The notes beneath the pieces were generated by a model. That model searched no databases, was not told where the DNA came from, and saw nothing but the letters and a program-made list of their open reading frames with translations. A stretch of 64,000 nt of DNA, taken from positions 33,544 through 97,543 of the IMG/VR virus record IMGVR_UViG_3300037516_001127. One strand, 5' to 3'. Source of the stretch: a virus. A program made the position numbers and the translations under genes. Below are positions 56,155 to 63,985 of the stretch, piece after piece (the stretch's first letter is position 1; each line of letters opens with the position of its first letter).

Positions 56155-57065
56155 GTTTCTTTATCAATCTGGCCAGTAACAGGTAGACCAAAGAACTCTT
56201 GGATTGCTCGGGTTTTCTCAATAGATTCACTGTCATGCACCCCTGTAACGGGCACGCCAACCGCTTCTTGCCAACTCGAAACTGCTTTCGCTTTAGATCC
56301 GGCTTTCAACGGGTTAGACCCACGAAAAACGGGCAAAGGCGAGATGAGCACCGGCGCAGATACTTGCGTATCGGCATAGACCTTTGTCTCAGGCAGAAAA
56401 GTATTTGCAAGATCAGCCATACCTATGTTGGCCTTAACCACCACTTCGACTGGGGCCGGTTCGGCTTCAACGGGTGCGGCGACAACAAGTTCAATCAGAC
56501 CATCAACGTTTGGCACCCCAAGATTCTTCAACATTCCAATAAAAACCTCAGAGTTGAAACGCCCTGGGTCCCATCGCGTCACCCCAGGAACATGCTGAAT
56601 ACCACAAATACCATTAAAGGTATTCCACTCAGGGACTTGCATCCGTTGTGGTGCGTTTACATCCGCAATCATTCCTGCAGCCATGCCAACAAAAGGCTTA
56701 GCGTGTGCAGGAATATCAAACTCCAAACAGATGGGCGCTAAAACCTCAGCCATCCAACCAAGATCATCATCAGTCAGATTTGTGATTTCCGAGGCCCGAG
56801 CCTCTAGCGTCACAGTAATACAGGCCTTGCCGACAATACCAAAATTGCCTTGGCCTGTTTTTGCAATGTCTGAACCCACATTATACGGGAGAGCTTGCTT
56901 TACTGAGCGGTTAGAAAAATCCAGATAAAGGTGTGTGATACCCCGACTCTGAGCTTCAAAAAATTCTGAAGTAGTCAAAATGATTCGGGATGGGCCACCC
57001 TTCGTAAATCTATTTTGTTTCCGTGTTGGAAACGAAATCTTTTGTGCTACTAGATGCCAATTCAT
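56130..57065 (-). CDS. Degenerate N-acetylmuramoyl-L-alanine amidase-like domain plus peptidoglycan-binding domain
   Basis: RIILTTSE, GICGIQHVP..WDPG; LKAGSK..VSSWQ...TRAIQEFFGLPVTGQIDKETW. Confidence 0.65.
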   Translation of the reverse strand: MNWHLVAQKISFPTRKQNRFTKGGPSRIILTTSEFFEAQSRGITHLYLDFSNRSVKQALPYNVGSDIAKTGQGNFGIVGKACITVTLEARASEITNLTDDDLGWMAEVLAPICLEFDIPAHAKPFVGMAAGMIADVNAPQRMQVPEWNTFNGICGIQHVPGVTRWDPGRFNSEVFIGMLKNLGVPNVDGLIELVVAAPVEAEPAPVEVVVKANIGMADLANTFLPETKVYADTQVSAPVLISPLPVFRGSNPLKAGSKAKAVSSWQEAVGVPVTGVHDSESIEKTRAIQEFFGLPVTGQIDKETWNMMRDL

Positions 57066-57117
57066 AGAACCAATCTTTTCTATTTGAGTATATTGTCAGT
57101 CAGTCAGAGTGTGATGA

Positions 57118-57537
57118 TTAGAATGGTTCTTCATCATAAGATGCGGAAGCCTTAGCGGGCTTTGGTGCGGGAGCAGCTCCACCTGCCTGGAACTGGCGGC
57201 GAGTAATCGACTCTAGCCCAATCACATGCGCACCAATCTCATCGACAACAAGTTCAACCTTGGATCGCTTTTGACCGCTATCTTTGTCTTCCCACGAGCG
57301 CTGCTCTAGGCGGCCAGTGACAACAACTTTAGTTCCCTTGGTGAGGATCTCACATGCTTGTTCGCCAAGCTTTCCCCAGATAACGCAATCAAAGAAAGAA
57401 GTAATTTCTTCTTCCGAATCACGAGGCTTCCGAGAAACCGCAACTGAGATATTTGCGACAGCAAGACCAGTCTTTGTAAACTTCAGCTCTGGATCTCTAG
57501 TCAGATTTCCAGAAAGATGTGTAGAGGCAATAGCCAT
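57118..57537 (-). CDS. ssb: Single-stranded DNA-binding protein
   Basis: GNLTRDPELKFT, GRLEQRSWE, acidic C-terminal EEPF. Confidence 0.95.
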   Translation of the reverse strand: MAIASTHLSGNLTRDPELKFTKTGLAVANISVAVSRKPRDSEEEITSFFDCVIWGKLGEQACEILTKGTKVVVTGRLEQRSWEDKDSGQKRSKVELVVDEIGAHVIGLESITRRQFQAGGAAPAPKPAKASASYDEEPF

Positions 57538-57609
57538 ATTTATTTACTCCTATTAGGTATATGATTCTTGTGAAATGACATTCTTACACTACTAGTATAT
57601 GCTTGTCAA

Positions 57610-57846
57610 ATGAATTCTATCGAAGAGGCCCAAGTCAACGTCTGGGAATGCATTCAGACAACTCTGATCGATCTTGCAGTCGATGAGAGTATGAGCGAAG
57701 ACGAAATCGAAGAGCTTGAAGACTCCCTTGGGAACGCAGCCGACCTCATCATTGAGGCCCTAGAGTTGAGGGTGACCAGCATCGGTGACGGCACAACCGG
57801 AACCGCTGAAATAAACATCTCTTCCTTGCTTGAAATGGGTGAATAA
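57610..57846 (+). CDS. Small acidic hypothetical protein
   Basis: Clean ORF, very acidic. Confidence 0.6.
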   Translation: MNSIEEAQVNVWECIQTTLIDLAVDESMSEDEIEELEDSLGNAADLIIEALELRVTSIGDGTTGTAEINISSLLEMGE

Positions 57847-57851
57847 GGTTT

Positions 57852-58217
57852 TCACTTAGCAACGTACCTACGACTCTTAGCCTTTTGCGACTTGTGTCGG
57901 GCAAGCCTGCATCCTTCTGAGCAGAGTACTTGATTCCTACCAGTCCGAATAAATATCTTTTGGCAATGCACGCATTTGCCCTCAGAGTATCTATTCTTTC
58001 GAATCTCTATCCGTTGACGCCCTGATGTTCCACCATAAATACCGGCACGCTCATCAAGGTTTTCCTCTAAACAGATTTCCCTGACTGGGCACTCAGCACA
58101 AATTGACATTGCCAATTCTCTGGACTCGGTAATCCCAGGAAAAAAGATATCCGGGTTAAAATTGCGGCACGCTGCGTGAGCTCTCCACTCATTCTTACTT
58201 TCTAGTTCTTGAATCAT
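57852..58217 (-). CDS. whiB: WhiB-family regulator with C-terminal Cys finger
   Basis: Start re-called at ATG 58217; WRAHAAC..FFP..ICAECPVREICL..GIYGG; CVHC..LCSEGC. Confidence 0.88.
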   Translation of the reverse strand: MIQELESKNEWRAHAACRNFNPDIFFPGITESRELAMSICAECPVREICLEENLDERAGIYGGTSGRQRIEIRKNRYSEGKCVHCQKIFIRTGRNQVLCSEGCRLARHKSQKAKSRRYVAK

Positions 58218-58485
58218 TTTCTTCCTTTTTAATAATCTGAATTGTGGCGGACGGGTGTAGCGTTCCACTTAGACCGTCTTGCCAATCGACAAGTTGGTGT
58301 TTCCTCAAATGAGTTAAAGCTGCGTGGGCAGATGAAACTGAGCAGCCTGCTCCGGCTGCGGCTTCTCGCACTGTGACACGGTGCTGCTTGCTATAAATGT
58401 TGATTACAGCAAGCAGCACACGGATTGCCACATCGGAAAGATATGTTTGGGCTACGGTCAAACCAGTTCGCTGACTTTTGACCAT
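58195..58485 (-). CDS. LexA N-terminal-like winged-HTH protein lacking the peptidase domain
   Basis: TVREAAAGAGCSVSSAHAALTHLRKHQLV resembles the LexA SVREI..S.SSV..HL..L pattern. Confidence 0.6.
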   Translation of the reverse strand: MVKSQRTGLTVAQTYLSDVAIRVLLAVINIYSKQHRVTVREAAAGAGCSVSSAHAALTHLRKHQLVDWQDGLSGTLHPSATIQIIKKEENDSRTRK

Positions 58486-59372
58486 GCGTCAACAGTCAGA
58501 AGGTGTAGGTCTACTAGACCATCCCAGGATAGGCCTTGATCGTACATGGAGCCATCGTGCCACCTGGGTTGTGACAGGTAGCCGCCAGCAAGGGTAAATA
58601 TCCCCTGCCTTTCTTGCATGAAGTCTGCGACGAGCTTTTCACGCTCGGCGAGCATCTCGTAAGTGATGCCTTCGTCGTATGGGTCCATGCCAGCGTTGTA
58701 GATAATAAAATCCCAATCCTGGTCACAGTGTGCAAGTGCGGTATGGATGTCGTCCAGGTATTTGAATCGGTCAGAAATGACCAGCCGATGTTCGCTTTCA
58801 CGAGCATCCCAAACGTCGTAAGGCGTAACCGTTACGTCGTACTGGACAACACCATCCCAGTCGCTTCCCTGTGAGCGAATGATGTCCATAGTTCCGCCGC
58901 CAGCGTGTGCATCAAAATCAAGGACAAGAATTCGTTCTGCTCCCTGTCGGCGTGCAGCAAATACTGATGCTGCCAGCCCATTGAATGTGCAGTACCCTGC
59001 GCCTCTAGAGTACGAGGCGTGGTGCAGTCCTGACGATAGGGACCCTGACAGCTGGCCCTCACCGCTAAGAATGTATTTGGTTGCGTCGACTAGACCTCGT
59101 GAGTGGGCAACGGCCATCGTGTAGATGCCCTCGTCCCAGGTGAACCCAGATGACTCAGAGAGTGTTCTCGGAGTTCCGCTCTGGATTGCTTCGATGTATC
59201 CAAGATCATGGATTTGGGCTAGGTGGCGTTCAACGTCAGTATCTGTGGGGGCGACAATGTCGACCTCTGGGCACCGGCCACCAATAATAGCTTGAGCTAC
59301 TTTTGCCGATTTGCGTGTTGTGTCGAACGAGTATTCGCACGCGTTGTATCGCTCATCATAGTAGAGGCGCAT
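58458..59372 (-). CDS. Zn-dependent histone-deacetylase-family protein
   Basis: GLHHA, GYCTFNG, LDFDAHAGGGT, YNAGMDP, LAGGY. Confidence 0.92.
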   Translation of the reverse strand: MRLYYDERYNACEYSFDTTRKSAKVAQAIIGGRCPEVDIVAPTDTDVERHLAQIHDLGYIEAIQSGTPRTLSESSGFTWDEGIYTMAVAHSRGLVDATKYILSGEGQLSGSLSSGLHHASYSRGAGYCTFNGLAASVFAARRQGAERILVLDFDAHAGGGTMDIIRSQGSDWDGVVQYDVTVTPYDVWDARESEHRLVISDRFKYLDDIHTALAHCDQDWDFIIYNAGMDPYDEGITYEMLAEREKLVADFMQERQGIFTLAGGYLSQPRWHDGSMYDQGLSWDGLVDLHLLTVDAWSKVSELV

Positions 59373-59902
59373 CAGAATGAACCTCCGATGCCGTATGAGC
59401 CACCTTCGGGGACACGGTCAAAGTTGAGTGCAAAAGTGGCGAGTGAGCCTGACTTGAGACCAAAATAGGTTTCAACGTGGCCGAGCACGAGACCGTTCGG
59501 GCAGAACCATTGGTCTGCCGGGTGGATCTCAGCGAGCTTTTCGATAGCCTCTTTGGGGGCTAGTCCACGGGCAATTGAGACGCCGATGGCTGTTGCCGTT
59601 GAGCGTGAAATCCCTGCATGGCAGTGGATGAGGATGGGTTCGTTGGTCTTTGCACCGAACTTGACAAGCCTTTGGACTTGTTCAAACTTGGGTGCCCAGA
59701 CGCTTGAGACGTCTTCGGTGTCGCCAAACTTCTCTACGCAGTGGTTGGGGTGCGACCAACGCACTTCGCTCTGTGACGGGCCAGCAGTGATGACTGAGTG
59801 GAAGTATGGGGCGAGTACTGCCGCATCCTGGATTCCTCTGACTGTCGGCATCGCTATGCCTTTGTAAATTGTTGTACTTTGAGTTTCTTTAGTAATGTTC
59901 AT
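59372..59902 (-). CDS. Cys-dependent (CX5R) protein tyrosine/dual-specificity phosphatase
   Basis: LIHCHAGISRSTA; TGATG coupling to the deacetylase. Confidence 0.9.
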   Translation of the reverse strand: MNITKETQSTTIYKGIAMPTVRGIQDAAVLAPYFHSVITAGPSQSEVRWSHPNHCVEKFGDTEDVSSVWAPKFEQVQRLVKFGAKTNEPILIHCHAGISRSTATAIGVSIARGLAPKEAIEKLAEIHPADQWFCPNGLVLGHVETYFGLKSGSLATFALNFDRVPEGGSYGIGGSF

Positions 59903-59910
59903 AGGTAGTT

Positions 59911-59939
59911 ATTATATCCTGTTCTAGTTAGTTTGTCAA
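59911..59939 (-). promoter_or_regulatory. Consensus sigma-A promoter, near-leaderless transcript
   Basis: TTGACA-17-TATAAT, ATG 8 nt downstream. Confidence 0.85.
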
Positions 59940-59960
59940 GTTGATATTTTCTTGTGGGTG

Positions 59961-59996
59961 AAAAGTGGGCACCCCGCCCCACCAAGGGGTGCCCAC
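59961..59996 (-). terminator. Intrinsic terminator after the DUF932 gene
   Basis: GTGGGCACCCC / GGGGTGCCCAC 11-bp stem followed by TTTT on the minus strand. Confidence 0.8.
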
Positions 59997-60001
59997 AAAC
60001 A

Positions 60002-61024
60002 TTACGCCAGCGACAACACCGCCTGCTGGGTAGCCACCTTACGCTTGGAAACCCAAGAGTTCTGATCCATGCTCAGAATTGCCATACGATCAACATCACC
60101 TTCACGGCCATGGTCAAGGAACTCCACAACCGCATTGTAAAGGGTCCAGCCATTGTGTCCAGCCTTACCAGCGTTCCGTGGGTTGTCCCAGATAGCCTTA
60201 ACGTGGGCAATGTTATCGTCCCTGTTGCGGCGAGAAACGTCTGTCCCATCCTCGTTGACTGGAAAAGCAACCTTCAGTACACGGTCGACGCTGTTGCTGC
60301 CTGGCACGCAGGTAGTTGCCAGCATCTTCTCAGCAGCATCGGTAAATGCGTCAGCCCAAGCCGTAGACATCCCAAGCGCAGTTTGAGCGTCCTGTAGGAC
60401 ACTTTCCACGTTTGAGGTGTGCTTGGCCTTGAATGTTGAGCGTGCCGTAGACAGACCCATCCTTACCGTGTTCTGACACACGGCACGAACGTTTGTGTTC
60501 GCATAGGTGATAGCAGTCTCACCGTCATGGCCAGTAAAAACGAGCAGATTGCGAGCAATGCTATCGTTCGCTCCAAGCGGATCAATGATAAGTGAGCCTA
60601 GATCGAGCGAAGCAAAGAACTTGCGGCCCTCGTCTAGCACACCGCAAGTGTCCACTACAGCGCCACCCTTGGACGACCCGACAATGGCGAGCGCCCGAGT
60701 AAGTACCTCGCTGTTTTGGACGGGCACATAGCGCTTCCCAACAATGGCGAGAGCGTTTCGGTCACCGTCGACATCGTCACGGATAGTTGCACGAGCGCTT
60801 TCAACGACAAGTGGCTGACCGGACTCATCCAAGATGAGATTGCCGTCTTCGTCAATTGCAGCGACCCGAGTTGTGCGAACCGTATAGTCGGCCATTGCAG
60901 CCTTGAGCATTTCTTCAGCGGTTTGCAATCCCTCCATTGGGACGCCAAGCTGATGCCATGGGCTTGTGTGGTTTGCGTAAGCGAATCGGGTGCGTTCGCC
61001 GTTGATTTCTAATTCATGTGCCAT
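60002..61024 (-). CDS. DUF932-family phage/plasmid protein
   Basis: MAHEL..PWHQLG, VGKRYVPVQN, GHDG, NVRAVCQNT, KHT, WTLYNAVVEFLDH. Confidence 0.9.
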   Translation of the reverse strand: MAHELEINGERTRFAYANHTSPWHQLGVPMEGLQTAEEMLKAAMADYTVRTTRVAAIDEDGNLILDESGQPLVVESARATIRDDVDGDRNALAIVGKRYVPVQNSEVLTRALAIVGSSKGGAVVDTCGVLDEGRKFFASLDLGSLIIDPLGANDSIARNLLVFTGHDGETAITYANTNVRAVCQNTVRMGLSTARSTFKAKHTSNVESVLQDAQTALGMSTAWADAFTDAAEKMLATTCVPGSNSVDRVLKVAFPVNEDGTDVSRRNRDDNIAHVKAIWDNPRNAGKAGHNGWTLYNAVVEFLDHGREGDVDRMAILSMDQNSWVSKRKVATQQAVLSLA

Positions 61025-61055
61025 TTGTATTGCTCCTTGTTAGTAGTTAGATCTA

Positions 61056-61084
61056 ACTATACATAAGATTAAGGTTGCTGTCAA
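61056..61084 (-). promoter_or_regulatory. Sigma-A-type promoter
   Basis: TTGACA-17-TATAGT, then AAGGAG RBS. Confidence 0.8.
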
Positions 61085-61085
61085 G

Positions 61086-61159
61086 TGGGGCCAACGGGAT
61101 TCGAACCCATGACCGGCGCATTATGAGTGCGCTGCTCTAACCAACTGAGCTATAACCCC
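61086..61159 (-). tRNA. tRNA with CAT anticodon (elongator Met or Ile2), CCA not encoded
   Basis: GGGGTTA-TAGCTCAGTTGGTTAGAGC-A-GCGCA-CTCATAA-TGCGC-CGGTC-ATGGGTTCGAATCCCGT-TGGCCCC-A cloverleaf. Confidence 0.92.
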
Positions 61160-61440
61160 TGGGAACTCTTCCAAACTAAATAATCTTCATAAGATATATC
61201 ATCCCAAAATGTCACAGCATCACACCTAATGCAAACCATGCCATCAGCGGTTCGCGTGTCATCCGTCCGCTGCCATCCAGGGCCGACAATCGTAAGAGCT
61301 CTCACGGTTGCACCTTTATCAACAAACTTGCCCTGGACGGCATCATCTTCCGATTCCATCTTTCTGACAAGAATCCATTTGTGATTCCCGCCGAAAAATC
61401 TGAAAATCTTACAGAAGATCACAAGAAATATTGTGCGCAT
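61150..61440 (-). CDS. Hypothetical protein
   Basis: AGGGG RBS; last 10 nt overlap the tRNA 5' end. Confidence 0.6.
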   Translation of the reverse strand: MRTIFLVIFCKIFRFFGGNHKWILVRKMESEDDAVQGKFVDKGATVRALTIVGPGWQRTDDTRTADGMVCIRCDAVTFWDDISYEDYLVWKSSQGL

Positions 61441-61448
61441 ATTTCCCC

Positions 61449-61814
61449 TTAGCCAGTGAAGCTAATTGGTTCATCCGCAAAACCTTCTTTGGTTTGTGGG
61501 CGAAATGGCGCTGGCACCGTGGTCGTAGTCACTGGCGGCAAAGTTGTTGTAGTTTTCGGCATTGAGGTCGTAGTCGGCGCTACCGTTGTGGTCGTTACCG
61601 GTACCTCTGTAGTCGTTACCGGCACAGTGGTCGTTGTGGTCGTTGTGGTCGTTGTGGTCGGCTTACAGCGATCACCCTCATGTTCTGAGCTAAAACTTGC
61701 CTCATAACAATTACCATTTTCCCGGTTAGGCGTAGCAGAAACGATATTAGTCACACTAAACACCACAAAACCAATTACAAAAATGCTTACAACAGCTACA
61801 GAGAGCTTTTTCAT
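61449..61814 (-). CDS. Secreted Thr-rich protein
   Basis: Start re-called at ATG 61814 (GAAGGAG); signal peptide; poly-Thr from a 9-bp tandem repeat. Confidence 0.75.
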   Translation of the reverse strand: MKKLSVAVVSIFVIGFVVFSVTNIVSATPNRENGNCYEASFSSEHEGDRCKPTTTTTTTTTTTVPVTTTEVPVTTTTVAPTTTSMPKTTTTLPPVTTTTVPAPFRPQTKEGFADEPISFTG

Positions 61815-61906
61815 TATTTCTCCTTCCACAAAGAAATGTAGGGCAAGTGCATAAGCACCTGCCCTACAATATCAAAATGGATTGACGGTACTGTCAAACT
61901 TTCTCA

Positions 61907-61928
61907 ATTAGGGTCTTTAGACCCTAAT
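61907..61928 (-). terminator. Hairpin after the transglycosylase gene
   Basis: ATTAGGGTC-ttta-GACCCTAAT. Confidence 0.55.
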
Positions 61929-61936
61929 AAGGCTTA

Positions 61937-62344
61937 CTAGCAGCCTGTGCCATTCCAGGCACTAGACCAACCCGAATCCACAGTGTACTGAGCTACTGCA
62001 TCCTGAACCCACGGCGGTGCATACCGTGCCGAACCCCAACCGCGATGACCCGCACGAGCGCTCATCGTGCGCCAAGTGCTGTCAAGGAATTGATACGCTC
62101 CGCTGGCGGTACTCACAGGATTCTTCGCCTGATAATTCCCACCACTCTCATGTCTGCGCACGCAGGCAAGAAAACCCCCAGGAGGAGAATGTTCTGGCAC
62201 CGGAGCCGGAGTCAGCGCCTCATTCACAGCAGCCTGCTCTGCAGGATTAAGCGTATTGTAAACTGCTACTTGCTCAGGCGTGCAGGCCGCTACAGATCCA
62301 ACAACCAATACCGAAAAAACTACAACTCTCATAAATTTGAACAT
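61937..62344 (-). CDS. Lipoprotein with Rpf/SceD-like lytic transglycosylase domain
   Basis: Lipobox VAAC; CVRRHESGGNY, SGAYQFLDSTW, AP..QD. Confidence 0.88.
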   Translation of the reverse strand: MFKFMRVVVFSVLVVGSVAACTPEQVAVYNTLNPAEQAAVNEALTPAPVPEHSPPGGFLACVRRHESGGNYQAKNPVSTASGAYQFLDSTWRTMSARAGHRGWGSARYAPPWVQDAVAQYTVDSGWSSAWNGTGC

Positions 62345-62475
62345 AACAATGTTAACCTTTCATAGTTGGCTCCGGGGAGTGGCTATTCAACCCAGAGCTG
62401 CGAGGTCACTACTGTAGCACACATATTACAGAAGTGTTACAACCTTTTTGATTTGACACAAAAGAAAGACACCAA

Positions 62476-62808
62476 ATGACCGAAATATACAGGAATCTAC
62501 ACAGAAAAGACTGGTCAATAAGAAACCAAGGAATCGTCACCCAACACACAAAAACAGCAGCAATCAGCTCAGCCAAATTCGTAGTACAACCAGCCGGACG
62601 AAAAAAAGTCCTCAAAGAACAACGCAAAAACGTCCACGCCTTCGTCAGAGGACAACTCACCACCATCCCAAAAGACTGGCAAACCTGGAAACAAGCAAAA
62701 TACAACCCATACCTATTCGACCACTTCTACGACGTAGACACCCTTAAACGCATCGACACAGCCACCGTTGTCGTGCTTGCCGAAGACGGCAGCGCCTACT
62801 ACCAATAG
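62476..62808 (+). CDS. Conserved phage hypothetical protein
   Basis: YRNLH..WSI..FVV..GR..RKNVHAFVRG..YNPY pattern. Confidence 0.7.
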   Translation: MTEIYRNLHRKDWSIRNQGIVTQHTKTAAISSAKFVVQPAGRKKVLKEQRKNVHAFVRGQLTTIPKDWQTWKQAKYNPYLFDHFYDVDTLKRIDTATVVVLAEDGSAYYQ

Positions 62809-62810
62809 TA

Positions 62811-63123
62811 CAAGCCCCGCCCCCAGTCTTACCCCCAAAATGTGACCCCTTTTTGGTGGTTGGTTGTGGTGGTTTCGGGGCTGTGGTTTGGTGGGGCTTT
62901 TTGTATTTGATTGGTTTCGGGGCTGCGAGGTTGGTGGTGGGTTGTTTTGAGAAGGTGCTCGGTTTCGGGGCTGCGAAACTGGTGTCTTGGGAGAGGCAAA
63001 GCCCCGCCCCCCTTGTTTTTCCCCAGAGTTTGCGCCCCCCCCTTTTTTTGACCTGATCGGTTTCGGGGCTGCGAAACCGGTGACGCGTTTTTGAGACCTG
63101 CTCGGTTTCGGGGCTGCGAAACC
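62811..63123. repeat. Cluster of GGTTTCGGGGCTG(CGAAACC) and AAGCCCCGCCCCC repeats
   Basis: First motif at 62871, 62913, 62961, 63059, 63104; second at 62812, 62999. Confidence 0.9.
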
Positions 63124-63150
63124 GAGGGGAAGGCCGTAGCCCTTCCCCTC
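63124..63150 (-). terminator. Hairpin after the Zn-ribbon minigene
   Basis: GAGGGGAAGG-ccgtagc-CCTTCCCCTC. Confidence 0.6.
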
Positions 63151-63161
63151 TCGCTTGCTAC

Positions 63162-63320
63162 TCACGCACGCTTGAACGGGCGACCGTGAGCGTCAAGGTT
63201 CCTGACTGACCAGTGCCGCCAGCACTCCACACACACATGAGAGTCAATGTCGGGGTAGTGGGCGGTTGACGTCTTGCAGTACACGCAAGACACTGGATGG
63301 CAAATCTCGGATAGCTCCAC
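63162..63320 (-). CDS. 52-aa Zn-ribbon-like protein
   Basis: Start re-called at GTG 63320 after AGAGGAG; CVYC...CVEC. Confidence 0.7.
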   Translation of the reverse strand: MELSEICHPVSCVYCKTSTAHYPDIDSHVCVECWRHWSVRNLDAHGRPFKRA

Positions 63321-63349
63321 GGCTAACTCCTCTGGTAGGTGAAACACTG

Positions 63350-63378
63350 ACAATACACCCTGCCGCCGAGGCTGTCAA
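63350..63378 (-). promoter_or_regulatory. Sigma-A-type promoter
   Basis: TTGACA-17-TATTGT. Confidence 0.7.
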
Positions 63379-63538
63379 GTCATTAGCCCGACTGCGCAGG
63401 ATGCGATTCTAGGCGTGCAATCTCTTGACGGGTACAAGTACCGCCGAAACTCAAGAACGCGCCTAGAACGCGCTTGTGGACGCTCTAGAGCGAATATCCG
63501 CCGACTGACTAGCCTCACAAACAATCTGAAACAATGAC

Positions 63539-63567
63539 TTGACAAGGGTTCTCGGATGACCTAGTCT
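63539..63567 (+). promoter_or_regulatory. Sigma-A-type promoter sharing the upstream motif of P1-P3
   Basis: AAACAATGAC-TTGACA-17-TAGTCT. Confidence 0.75.
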
Positions 63568-63604
63568 AAGTACATCACCTAGCAACCACCGAGAGGGGGA
63601 CAAC

Positions 63605-63757
63605 ATGCACAACAGCCAATTTGACCGGGTCATGCCGGGCGGAGGGTCCGACTGGATCTGGGCGGCCAACGCCGCCGACGACGCCGCCGAGTACGACGAG
63701 GACGATCTCGACGAGGATGATCTCGACGAGTGGCCACCACGCCGAGAGGACTGGTAA
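63605..63757 (+). CDS. 50-aa acidic protein (not in ORF track)
   Basis: GAGAGGGGG RBS; MHNSQFDRVMPGGGSDWIWAANAADDAAEYDEDDLDEDDLDEWPPRREDW; GC hairpin at ~63765-63786 follows. Confidence 0.72.
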   Translation: MHNSQFDRVMPGGGSDWIWAANAADDAAEYDEDDLDEDDLDEWPPRREDW

Positions 63758-63884
63758 AGCCAAAGGGGGGGCCGGACGGCTCCCCCACCCTCTTTTCCTT
63801 TTCCTTGCGTCCCGCACACCCCAAACCCATATCACCCCAACGGGACCCCCAAACACACCACCCCTGGAACACACTCGAAAGACA

Positions 63885-63985
63885 AAGCCCCGCCCCCAGG
63901 ATCTACCCCCCCTCCTTTCTGATACCTGATCGGTTTCGGGGCTGCAAAGTGGTGACTCCGAAAAGCACAAGCCCCGCCCCCCGTT
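63885..63985. repeat. Second cluster of the same repeats (continues off window)
   Basis: AAGCCCCGCCCCC at 63885 and 63969; CCTGATCGGTTTCGGGGCTGC with core at 63932. Confidence 0.85.

Noticed and set aside
61081-61159. tRNA as prophage attachment site
   Set aside because: No integrase or duplicated tRNA 3' end in the window, and phage-type genes lie on both sides
62360-62420. c-di-AMP (ydaO) riboswitch upstream of the Rpf-like gene
   Set aside because: Only a GGTTGAAT fragment resembles it and the leader is too short for the full two-domain fold; kept only as an unassigned hairpin
62811-63123. CRISPR array
   Set aside because: Repeats are only 13-20 nt, irregularly spaced with low-complexity spacers, and no cas operon is present
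62713-63165. 150-aa ORF with GFAAPKP repeats
   Set aside because: Translation of the DNA repeat cluster; crosses a terminator-like hairpin and overlaps a real gene on the other strand
63463-63970. Listed ORFs 63463..63819, 63575..63970, 63621..63929, 63630..63872
   Set aside because: The promoter, RBS and hairpin instead support the unlisted 63605..63757 gene
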